17,446 nucleotides of DNA from positions 7,651 through 25,096 of the forward strand of contig JAKMXF010000097.1 in assembly GCA_024704765.1 (NCBI GenBank). Direction: 5' to 3'. Position numbers and translations under genes: made by a program. Positions within the stretch are counted from its first letter, which is position 1, and the number at the start of each line of letters is the position of its first letter. This stretch comes from Oopsacas minuta (Eukaryota > Animalia > Porifera). A model generated the notes under the pieces. The model was not told the DNA's origin. It searched no databases and was given only the letters and a program-made list of their open reading frames with translations. Shown one piece after another: positions 1-10,038 of the stretch.

Positions 1-1076
1 AAATGGTGTAGAATACCGAATCAGAGATGAAATAAATAAAAGTGCTAATTATTGAGGTAAACAAGACAATAGTTCAATAGAAATTCGGGAAGAAATCAGG
101 AAGAAATAGAAATGAATAAAAATTAGATAATTTTTAATAAATTATAAATGAGAATTTCCAAACTTATGGGTGTATAAAAATTGAAATTGTCATAGATTGT
201 GAATATGCGAAGTATTTGGAAAAATTGATATTATCCATTGGCTATGTACGGTATCGGCTCTTCTAATTGTATCAATTTTTCTTTTCACTTCTTTTATACC
301 TATATTTACCCACACATAATGAAAACTGGAACTTATACGTCTTGCCGTTAGTTTCATATTAAACATAGTATTACGATTTGGGAGCATATCTAATTGAAGA
401 GCATTGACGAAATGTCCGAGCATAAAGGAAGAAATATTTCGAGTTTTAAAATTGTATCAAAGAAATTGTAATGTTTCAAACTTGAATTGATAAAGTTACT
501 AATCATACTTATTACTTTGATTGGTGAGAAGACTGCTGACATGTTTATGGCAGTTCAAAGAGAGTTTGAAGTATTTCAAGGATCGGATTTCTTTGGAGTG
601 GAATAATTAAAATTAACAGTGAAAAATACAAACTCTATGAACAACAAATACACATGCAATGTGATCATAACTATCCTATTTTATCGCATCGTTTGAAAAT
701 GCAAAAAATGGAAAGAAAAATCGATAAACACCCATTCAAATGTACAAACCACTATTGCTCAATATTTTTTGGGCCAAATAGCTTCCTTAAACACTTCCTG
801 TGGACGAAGAAACGCCCCCCAGGGTGAGAAAACTGGTATAAACTAATAAATACCAAGTTAGAGTATATTAAATGATATAATTAGTTCAACAACAGCAGAA
901 TCCATAGAAATAACTAATACAAAATATATAGCAATGATTATATCTATTGTATCAGTACGAAGATTAGAAATATACAATTCAAAATATTACAAAGCTTTAG
1001 AGAAATAAGTTTAGTGCAAACTACAAATAATATACAAATGAGGGCTGACCTATAGCTATCGGATATTTACATAGTT

Positions 1077-2339
1077 TCAAGCAAAATACACTCCTTTGAG
1101 AATCTCATCGTGTATCTGTACTAGTTTAGACGGGTTTAAAGTTCTCCGCTCATCGTTTGCAAACTCAATACTAATAAAGAGATTCATTAATATATTTGCG
1201 AGACAATAGTCACCATTAAAATGCATTGGGTATGACATTTGTAACACTTTCTCAGAGATGAACCAAGATTTCTCATAAATAATTAGAATAATTCCGAGTT
1301 CAACAACTTTACATGAATATACTAAGGTTGAATATTATGAATAACTTACCCATTTTCATCTCTCTCCATCAAATGGTATCTACCTCTGAAAGCAACTAAA
1401 TGCGCGTAATAAGCAGGAGCTGGAATAGATACAGATCTGGTACACACTACATATGTATGACATAATTGGTAAGTAAGAGATTGTATCTCATCAGCTGTAA
1501 AGTTGTTCCCACCACATAATACGTGGCAATGAGATGGATGAGATGCTCCCTATAAGAACAATATTTAATTGAATTATCGGTTGAATATAAATTGATCGAA
1601 GGTCCAATTGAAACAGTAGGACAGCGGTCCCAAACATTTTCACCCGAGGACCCATATGCCATTTCAACACATGCTGTTGAACTCTTCACATAAACTTTTG
1701 AGATCCTGTGGACCCCTGTAGTCATCTGTGGACCACGCAATGATCCACGGACCCGCGGCATTAAGAATTTCTACCTATCAAAATCAATAAGATCGCTAAA
1801 ATATAATCCAATCATATAACTTAATACAAAACTTATATACATATTCCAATATTTGTGTAAAATAGTTCCAAAAATAAGAACTTACAAATATTTACATATA
1901 ACGCTAGCGTATCCATAAATGAAGCAAATTATAATCTACAAATTACAACTACAGATGCCATAAATAATTAATATTACTTTCCTATACACATACCTGAATA
2001 CCTGAATGACTACACAGATAGAAATCAAATTCTGTTGGATGAGTAATACCTACATCTACTGTAGTACCAGCTGGGATGTTACCAGATTTACCACATTGAT
2101 CTTCCTTCTCTGGACAGAACGGACGGGTGTGGTATCTCTTCTGGACGATAACGAATGTAAATCCAGGCTTGTAGTCAGCTTCTAGTTTAATACAAGCTTC
2201 TCTTACGGCTCTCAATTCTTGATTAAATCAATAGATCTCGGACCATAGCAGCTAACTCTGCTATTATCTCTTGTCTGTGTTGCTGTACAAGGACTGAAGC
2301 ACTGTAAGGACTAGGATGAGCGTCCATACTACCAACCAA
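1077..2339 (-). pseudogene. AGO: Argonaute (AGO-clade) PIWI-domain 3' exons, copy 1, disrupted
   Basis: Exon 2339..2225 reads [38 protein letters not shown] and is fused out of frame to exon 2224..1994 [37 protein letters not shown]...[30 protein letters not shown]|GT. Exon 1549..1350 reads [60 protein letters not shown]. The terminal exon 1170..1077 ends ...VQIHDEILKGVYFA*. AG/GT sites and intron phases (0, 2) are mutually consistent, and the motifs match the human AGO C-terminus. Confidence 0.95.
1622..1770. mobile_element. Degenerate hAT-like MITE remnant in an AGO intron (truncated counterpart ~9666..9800)
   Basis: Starts CAGCGGTCCCAAAC, similar to hAT/Charlie-type termini, and has repeated G(T/C)GGACC motifs. 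No clean right TIR or TSD found. Confidence 0.35.
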
Positions 2340-2440
2340 CTAACAATACAAGAAAGAGTGTAAATAGCGAATTGAAATGTTATAACGAGTATTCGCGACT
2401 CAGCCACTGCTGACCTTGTTGAATATTGGAGAGAATAATA

Positions 2441-2735
2441 CAGGTAACAGTGGATACAGGTAGCAGTGGATACAGGTAGGAGTGGATACAGGTAACAATG
2501 GATACAGGTAGCAGTGGATACAGGTAGGAGTGGATACAGGTAACAATGGACACAGGTAGCAATGGATAGCGGTAGCAGTGGATACAGATAGCAATGGATA
2601 GCGGTAGCAGTGGATACAGATAGCAATGGATACAGGTAGCAGTGGATGCAGGTAGCAGTGGATACCGATACCAGTGGATACAGATAGCAGTGGATACCGG
2701 TAGTAGTGGATACAGGTAGCAGTGGATACAGGTAC
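2441..2735. repeat. 16-bp minisatellite (CAGGTAGCAGTGGATA), ~18.4 units
   Basis: 18 full units plus CAGGTAC counted by hand, with variant units (..AACAAT.., GCGGTAG.., CAGATAG..). Confidence 0.97.
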
Positions 2736-3026
2736 CAGGGGCACCTATGGTATGCCAGTTACAAGAACCATGGATATGTACTAATTGAATAATGATGTCT
2801 GCCACAATGCTACACATATTCTCACCTATACACGATTTGTAAAGACGGAAACTAAGAAAGGAAAGTTAGGGAAAAATACAAAATAAAATGTTTGTATTTA
2901 CCAAATTATTATCCAACAAATCACTTCATTTATTTATATAAAAGCTAGCAATATATTTTGACCGGGTTAGTCTTATCGTAGTCTTATCGCCCCTCCTAGG
3001 GCTAAGGAGTATGGGAGTCGGGACTC

Positions 3027-4168
3027 TCAGGCTCTTGAAGACATTCTTGGACTCACTGCGTCGCTCTTCCGCCAGAATAGAGCAAAGCTCTTCCTCTTGG
3101 CTTTCTTGTCAGAATTGGAGGATTCCTGTTGAGACACTAAATCGTTAAGTGACGCCTAAAGGAGTTTCCTAGTAACAGAAACATTCTGAGGAATTTGTAG
3201 AGTACTAACATTTTATGATAATCATATGAGTTATCAAAATATAGGACAGCTCCGTGGAGACCTCTGGACGCAATGTTACCAGTGTAACCACCCAGATCAA
3301 TGGGATGTAACCATAAGGAAATCTGTCTATTGGACCAGAAGGGTAGGTTTGCCCTGTCCGTGAATGATTGTCTCTGCTTGTTTTCTAGAATATTCCTCTC
3401 ATAATTGAGGGAACGGAGAGCAACATTGCCTACTGGAGACTATTCCTGTGAGAACTCTCAATCATTCCTAAACTGGTCCTCAGTTCCTTCTTAGACAGAT
3501 GTTCTAGCACCATTCCGTCTACACAGCATTGTCGAGAAATAATAGGAAAATAAATAACAACAAATACACGTGTTAACTAACAAGTAAATAACAACAAACC
3601 TGAAAATATTGCTGTACTGAGTTAGACCCAGAGAAGGCAGCCAATGAGAAGCTATCCATTCGTAGTCAACAGCTCTGTAGGTGGGGTAGAGACAAGGGGT
3701 ACTAGCTTTAGAGAGACCTGCCCTCTCTTGGACAGCATTCATGGGGTTGAGTCTCAGGAGAGGCTGTAGTATTCCCAGTTCTTGTTCGTAGTCCCTCTTT
3801 CCAAATGACAGGAGCATAGGAACTGTTTTGCATTGCAATCCGACTGCATTACTCACTGACACCGGTAAACCACTGCTCCACCTCTACCCACGCCTGAAGA
3901 GCCTCTGGAGATGATAACAGGAATTGTGTGTTCTCTCTTTCCACAAATGAGATTGAGGCCTGTAGTCTAGCTAGTCTCCCTTCTGGTGCCTCACACACTC
4001 CTAGAGAAGAGGGGATCTCTTTTGTATCCGGGGACTTAGTTTCCCTAAAGGAACTGACTATCCACCGGATAGAGGATTTCCCCTTGAGTGATTTCTTGCG
4101 GGAGCGGGACATGTAGAGCTTGGGAGCTCCTGGCACCAATTCTGTCCTCTCAAAGAGGCACTCATCCA
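3027..4168 (-). pseudogene. PPFIA: Liprin-alpha-like C-terminal triple-SAM region, two exons, copy 1, disrupted
   Basis: Exon 4168..3600 contains LQAWVEVEQ / ELGILQPLLRLNPMNAVQE (SAM1) and YEWIASHWLPSLGLTQYSNIFR (SAM2; liprin-alpha HEWIGNEWLPSLGLPQY). Exon 3532..3027 contains QCCVDGMVLEHLSKKELR...LQ*...RGLHGAVLYFD (SAM3). Lesions: +1 frameshift at ~3867-3869, TAG at 3432-3430, acceptor reads CG at 3534-3533, and further 1-nt deletions. Confidence 0.85.
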
Positions 4169-4829
4169 CTATATGTCAGTTATCAGATATTGTGGTAGCG
4201 GTTATTTACAGTTGTGTTCGCCTAATAGCAATATTGCTCAATTTGTAAGTTACTTTTAGCCCCTAAGTGAGTATTTCTTGTATATTTTGTTCCTCTAATA
4301 GCAAGTTAGCTTATTAGTTACCAAATTCCATTCAAAATGCGACTTCTTATTACTCACACACCACTCCTTATTTCAGAGGTAGCATTCTCTGGTAGACCTA
4401 GAGCTACCACTTTTATATGCATAGCAATCCTCTGTTACTGTTCCTGTAGACTTCAAGTACTTCCAAACTTCTCAAATGCATCCACCTTCACAACCCATAT
4501 AGTATATAGAATAAGATATTCACATACTTGGTGATTAGCCTCCCAAGATTCATGGATTATCCCCGAATTTTCATACAAATCAAAGGAAGAAATTGATTTT
4601 TCCAAATAATTGTTTCAAATTGCTATTCAAGGATGGAAACTTGGAAATACCGAAATTTAACAAAGAGATTATACAAATAGGTTTGCCAGTAATTAACTGT
4701 CACATTTTGCTAGTTTGTATACTGCCTTTATCTCCCTATAATACTTCTGATTTCCTTCTAGAATCCTTAAATTCAACCATTTCAACCCTAAACACCACTT
4801 CATTCACTCCAAAATAAACAAATGTTTCA

Positions 4830-5420
4830 AGCAATTGTCAACATACTAGACATATTGTATGGGCAATACGATTTAGTGCTAGAATTCTCATGTTTCACAT
4901 CTACTGAGTCTATTCCCTGTCTCACAGTAGAGACTGTACCTAGTATATTCTTGTTGGCTAGGCCTATGCCCAACATAGCTTGTTCCCTCTCCCATCTGCA
5001 TTTTTCCAACAGCAGCTCCTTCATTACTACGTAGCACTTTTCTATACGGCCCTGTACACAATTTCTCTATCTCTATCCTGTAGCAATTGGTGTGAAGGAT
5101 CCAGTGATGAGATAGCTCAGAATCAATAGTTCTGAGCTCTTCGTGCTCTTTCGAGCCATCCAATCCCAAGTCTGTCTGTACAAACTGGTTAGCAGAGGGA
5201 GGATACTGAATGGAAGAGGAACTAGGTGGATCTTGCAGCTTCTGTACCTTCAATGATGGATAGTAAGAACTGGTCGGAGCACTACCCGAGGCCCTTGATT
5301 TGGGTGTGGTGTAGGGTTGGGAGGGAGACTCGAGAGCATCTGAGTATGAATATTTGCGTTTACGAGTTGATTTGAGACTAGTATTGCTAGGGGTGGGGGT
5401 AACGTCATGTGATGCATTGA
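4830..5420 (-). pseudogene. TLK: Tousled-like kinase-like N-terminal/coiled-coil fragment, frameshifted
   Basis: S/P/T-rich stretch with TRKRK, then FVQTDLGL...ILHTNC, and in a shifted frame RIEKCYVVMKELLLEKCRWEREQA...LGTVSTVRQG. These recall TLK TQSDLT...LLRANC...MSKKLLIEKSKQEK...LGHFTTVRHG. No kinase domain is seen. Confidence 0.55.
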
Positions 5421-5507
5421 GTTCTCCTCACACCAGTCTAAAGTAGATGTGGTATTGCCCCAGTGTCCCTTGATGTGGTATTTATCCGTCCATACATTAG
5501 GAGCCAT
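5421..5507 (-). pseudogene. ACER3: Alkaline ceramidase 3-like first-exon fragment (29 codons)
   Basis: ATG at 5507 gives MAPNVWTDKYHIKGHWGNTTSTLDWCEEN, matching the ACER3-type motif GYWGPTTSTLDWCEENY. Homology stops abruptly after EEN. Confidence 0.8.
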
Positions 5508-6794
5508 TATTAGGAATCCTAGATCTAAACAAGGAGATAAAAATAAAAAAATAGTTAATGAAGGGAATGAAGAACTATAGGTGCTATAGTACAATAGTAA
5601 ACAAAAATAAAACATAAATAAGATTACATGCAATGTAGAGATGTCAACAAATGAAATGCTATAATATATAGGAATTAGTTAGTGATAGAATGCTAAACTA
5701 ACCAATGAATAAGAATCTGCTGTATTGAACCTGAACCTACGGAGTCCACTAAGTGAAGATTAAAGTAATCTTGTGGTAAGTATAAGTTAATCGGGTCAAA
5801 ACGGAGCTTCGAAGTTACAAATCAAGAAAACTGTTGAAAGGATTTAATAGACTATAGAATATTAAGAAAAGGAAATAATCTGTGTAAGATAGAAATAATG
5901 GAAATAATCAATATACTAATGTTCAGGTACGGGAATTTTTGAGTTGTCTGTGATTATCATATTGCTTATACCATTCTTTTTCATGTAATTAGCTTTCTGA
6001 CCCTCCTCCAGTCATGTGTATTTCCTGTATATGTATAGCAGCATATATCATCTCCTGCATGTCTAACACCTTATAAAGTTCGGTATGGACTCCTCCTCCT
6101 GAAAACATCAACAAAATAATAACGAATATAATTGTAACGAAAATAAACTATACCATCAGCTGCGCGACAGCTTAGTGCTCAGGTTAGAAAACAATAAATT
6201 CATATATGATTAATCCAAAAGTGTGAAAATCAAATACAGCATATGCGTTATAATTAGAACGTCATGATGACGTAATCATTCCATGCTTTTGGTCAGAATC
6301 ATGACATCAGGACATGTGGTACCTTGAGGAGTACCTCTGTTCAAAAATTTCAAACTTCTATCAACTATATTTGCTGAGCAGTGTTGAATAATGTGATTTT
6401 TGAAAATCAAAAAGGTGACAATTAACTCACAGTTTAGTCATAGGTCTGAATTCTCCTTCAAATACTCGAAATGGTCCGAGGCAGGACCAAAATACCCCCC
6501 CTGTATGCCAAAAATCAGCCCTCGAGGTTCTCCAGGTTCCTCAATCAATTCTGGACATACTAACATATATATGCACACTACCCTGTGTAGCCGTTAGAGC
6601 AAGCCTGTATTTACATTTTGAAATTTGGCCAATTTGTTTACTTTATATTCATAAAAACAACAATATGATTTCTCTTCGTAAGATCATCTGTTGTATGTTG
6701 CTAATGGTATCAGAAACACAAAGAATATTCCATTATTTCCTAATTAGTTATGATTTATAGTCTATTGTGTGTGTATTTAGATATTAAGCGTATT

Positions 6795-7006
6795 AAACAA
6801 TACAAATACTTTTTCAAGTCAATTGAAGGATAATATTCGTAGAATCAATCTAGATACAACATTCATATATTTTAGCAAACCATAAAACATATCTTTGAAA
6901 TATCAAAATATTGTTACTTAGTAAACCATAACATTAAAATTCAAATCTTTATAAGATTAACCTTGCTCAGTTTAGCAGCGCCAAATACTCAATTTGGACG
7001 GTAACG
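6795..7006. repeat. ~200-bp dispersed direct repeat (partner 8905..9079)
   Basis: Shared AAACAATACAAATACTTTTTCAAGTCAATTGAA...CTCAGTTTAGCAGCGCCAAATACTC. This copy is ~35 bp longer internally. Confidence 0.9.
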
Positions 7007-7078
7007 ACAGATAAAGGTTGAGAAACGCTGGAGGGTTCATCTCACTATTTGAATGACCATTTAATAAACAGAACTTAC

Positions 7079-7246
7079 CGCTACGCTAATGAAGTAGGGG
7101 GTGTTGGCAGTATGCTTCCGCTTTCGAGAGCCAGAAAGGGCTGCCACTGGAGGGGGAGGAGGAGTTGGAATCGGAATCTTTGTGGAATTTGATACGTATT
7201 CAAGGTTTTTTGTGGGAATGAATGTTGTGTTGTGTGAGAATTCATT
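7079..7246 (-). other. Possible orphan exon, proline-rich with a basic motif
   Basis: 56 open codons (...KIPIPTPPPPPVAALSGSRKRKHTANTPYFISVA) ending at a GTAAGT donor at 7078. This frame is not in the ORF track, and no clear acceptor or ATG was found. Confidence 0.3.
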
Positions 7247-7968
7247 TTATTTGCAAAGGAAATGGAAACAAAATTTGGCATAAATAGTAGCATTATTGCT
7301 ATTTATACTCTTCACAGGCAATTTGCTGCATTGCATTGCAAATTGGATGTTTACCTAGGGTTTCGTTACTTGTACCGATGTGTGTATAAATACACGTGAT
7401 ATTATTTATTGAGAGTTTCAATTATGACTCTCAAGATAGTTCCTTTTGATTACTTTCTCCACGCTCAAGTTAGCTTTGTGCACCGTGACAATTATACGTT
7501 ATTAACTACTAAGAATGTATCTCATAAATATTTAACATTAAACTTTGATAGGTTTCTTACAATAAGAAACTGTCTTATGGAAGTATATTAGTAAAGTTGA
7601 TTTGTGCTAATTCACGCTATCCTTTACAGTTTTCATTTAATTACATTCAGATTGGAAGTTGAGTGTTATAACTTGCTATTAGAACCCTTTCCGACATGTA
7701 ATGGCTCTATATATGCTCTGGAAATTTGCCCATAGAGTTAAATTTCTTAAAGGTGCCAACAGCGGGGGCCTTGGGAATTTGTCGCGGATCTCCCCCTCTC
7801 ATCGGCCTAAGAAGAATTCGGAAACAATTAGTCATAACTATTCCTGGTACATTTTGTATTATTTGGTCCCGTATCGCCATACAACTTTAGATATAATAAA
7901 ATATTACGTTGTACCACTTTTGAAATGGATGTGCCGCACTTGAAAATAATGTAGTTATCAAAACGCCT

Positions 7969-7969
7969 N
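7969..7969. other. Ambiguous base (N), possible assembly join
   Basis: Single 'n' between the two duplicated blocks. Confidence 0.9.
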
Positions 7970-8361
7970 GACAACTATTCGCACTCTCAGGGGTAACATC
8001 GATCCTACTGGGCTCTGATTTCGTCACGGTTACGAAAAACGAGGATCAAGAATGGCCAGAAATGAAACCAGATATATACTGTGTAATTATGGATTTTTTT
8101 CATAGCTTCCCTTCCTGTAACATCTTATATAATATTTCAAACATTGAATAATTGGAGAACAATTGTACTGGAGTTTCATGCAAATTAATAATTGGAGAAA
8201 TTCCTATTTACAATTTGTATATTATTCCTATTTAAGTCACATTGAAGTGTCTTAAACTATTTTAATTATTCTTAGACAATTCGTTAGTGGATTTTGGGAA
8301 AATTTTAACGCAGAATATAATGAAGGGATTATCAATGATCAGTAAGATAGATGAAACTAAC

Positions 8362-8712
8362 TTTCTTGGAATCTTCAATTAGGATATTTTTCTGAGTTCC
8401 ATCCGTTCTTACCAACGTTTTACTGTATACAATCTTTGGTTTATTCAACTTGTCAACTCCCTCTTTCTCTTTCTCTTTCTCCTTCTCCTTCTTCTCGAGG
8501 AATGCATTCAATAGCTCTTCTTTAAACTCATAGGCTGTATCCATAGGGGGCTTACCCAGGGGGTAATGCTGATGAGCAGATGTAGAATTTGAGGGATATT
8601 GTTGAGGAGAGGTGGAGTTGAAATTATTTGATGGTTGGCACTGGGGTTGTCTATGTTCCCCTGTGGAGGAGTTAGGATTTTTATGTGGATATTGCCTGGA
8701 ATACGGATCCAT
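8362..8712 (-). CDS. Probable first coding exon of an unidentified gene (Q/P/S-rich, KE tract, possible ubiquitin-like FERM/RA start); no downstream exon found
   Basis: ATG at 8712 and 117 codons to a phase-0 GTTAGT donor at 8361. The end, DGTQKNILIEDSKK, recalls talin F1 DGTVKTIMVDDSKT (weak). Confidence 0.45.
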
Positions 8713-8798
8713 TGTAGAGAGATATGTGACAATGTATCTATAAGCTAATTATGCAATCATTTTATCAATCAAACTATTTCTAGCCAATATAGTAACTC

Positions 8799-8799
<1 letters not shown>

Positions 8800-8829
<30 letters not shown>
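8800..8829. repeat. (TAA)10 microsatellite
   Basis: Perfect trinucleotide run. Confidence 0.95.
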
Positions 8830-8830
<1 letters not shown>

Positions 8831-8904
8831 CAAGCATAAAGCAACAGGAATTCTGATTTCATAGCTCATACAAGAAATGAGTCAGTTATAAACTTTTAAA
8901 ATTC

Positions 8905-9079
8905 AAACAATACAAATACTTTTTCAAGTCAATTGAATGATAAAATTAGTAGAAACAATCTAGATACAACATTCATACATTCTAGCAAACCATAAAACAT
9001 ATCTTTGGAAATTCAAAATTTGTATAAGAATAACCTTACTCAGTTTAGCAGCGCCAAATACTCTATTTGGACGATAACA
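8905..9079. repeat. ~175-bp dispersed direct repeat (partner 6795..7006), ending ~30 bp before position 9110
   Basis: Direct alignment by eye with 6795..7006. Confidence 0.9.
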
Positions 9080-10038
9080 ATTATACTTACGTTGACATTT
9101 GAAGAGAAGAAATGGTGTAGAATACCGAATCAGAGATGAAATAAATAAAAGTGCTAATTATTGAGGAAAACAAGACAATAGTTCAATAGAAATTCGGGAA
9201 GAAATCAGGAAGAAATAGAAATGAATAAAAATTAGATAATTTTTAATAAATTATAAATGAGAATTTCCAAACTTATGGGTGTATAAAAATTGAAATTGTC
9301 ATAGATTGTGAATATGCGAAGTGTCTGGAAAAATTGATATTATCCATTGGCTATGTAGGGTATCGGCTCTTCTAAATGTGTCAATTTTTCTTTTCACCGC
9401 TTTTATACCTGTATTTACCCACACATGATGAAAACTGGAACTTGTACGTCTTGCCGTTAGTTTCATATTAAACATAGAATTACGATTTGGGAGCATATCT
9501 AATTGAAGAGCATTGACGAAATGTCCGAGCATAAAGGAAGAAATATTTCGAGTTTCAAAATCGTAGTGTTTCAAACTTGAATGGATAAAGTTACTAATCA
9601 TATTTATTACTTTGATTGGTGAGAAGACTGCTGACAGGCTTATGGCAGTTCAAAGAGAGTTTGAACATTTTCACCCGTGGACTCATATACCATCTTAACT
9701 CATGCTGTGGACCTCTTCACAGAAACCTTTGAGATCCTGTGGACCCCCTGCTGTCATCTGCGGACCACCAAATGATCCACGGACCCGCTGCATTAGGAAT
9801 TTTTTACCTATTAAAATCAATAAGATCGCTAAAATATAATCCAATAATATAACTTAATACAAAACTTAATACAAAACTTATAAACGTATTCCAATATTTG
9901 TGTAAAATAGTTCCAAAAATAAGAACTTACAAATATTTACATATAACGCTAGCGTATCCATAAATGAAGCAAATTATAATCTACAAATTACAACTACAGA
10001 TGCCATAAATAATTAATATTACTTTCCAATATACATAC

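Larger units (their letters stand above)
1..4364. repeat. Segmental duplication, copy 1 (partner 9110..12661); runs off the left window edge
   Basis: Position 1 aligns to 9110 (AAATGGTGTAGAATACCGAATC). Collinear homology continues, apart from large indels and one inversion, to ...ACACCAC at 4364/12661, where the copies diverge. Confidence 0.95.

Noticed and set aside
190-423. ORF open in both copies (also 9299..9601)
   Set aside because: No recognisable family, and the copies differ by many amino-acid changes (e.g. I/T, Y/H, E/A, I/F, N/D), which does not suggest constraint. It could still be an unrecognised captured fragment.
1077-2339. Prokaryotic Argonaute defence system or functional split AGO
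   Set aside because: The sequence is eukaryotic AGO-clade with spliceosomal introns. It has shared and private stop codons and no PAZ/MID or D597 exon in the window.
2400-2440. SPIFNK / IILSNIQQ followed by GTCAG as a remnant of an upstream AGO exon
   Set aside because: Too short and frame-ambiguous, and the expected PVIFLGADVTH exon is absent.
2441-2735. CRISPR-like or Chi-like reading of the repeat array
   Set aside because: Units are head-to-tail with no unique spacers, no cas genes are present and the context is eukaryotic. The similarity to Chi (GCTGGTGG) is only partial.
2264-2817. Three overlapping Cys/His-rich ORFs (TCIHCYLYPLLPVS repeats) and the related ORF 10770..10988
   Set aside because: They are the three frames of a 16-bp minisatellite that happens to lack stops on that strand. 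Unit number differs between the copies, so they are not metal-binding repeat proteins.
6250-6600. GC-richer block with TGACGT-type motifs and ORF 6400..6597, suggestive of a non-autonomous transposon or promoter
   Set aside because: No TIR pair, TSD or protein motif could be established.
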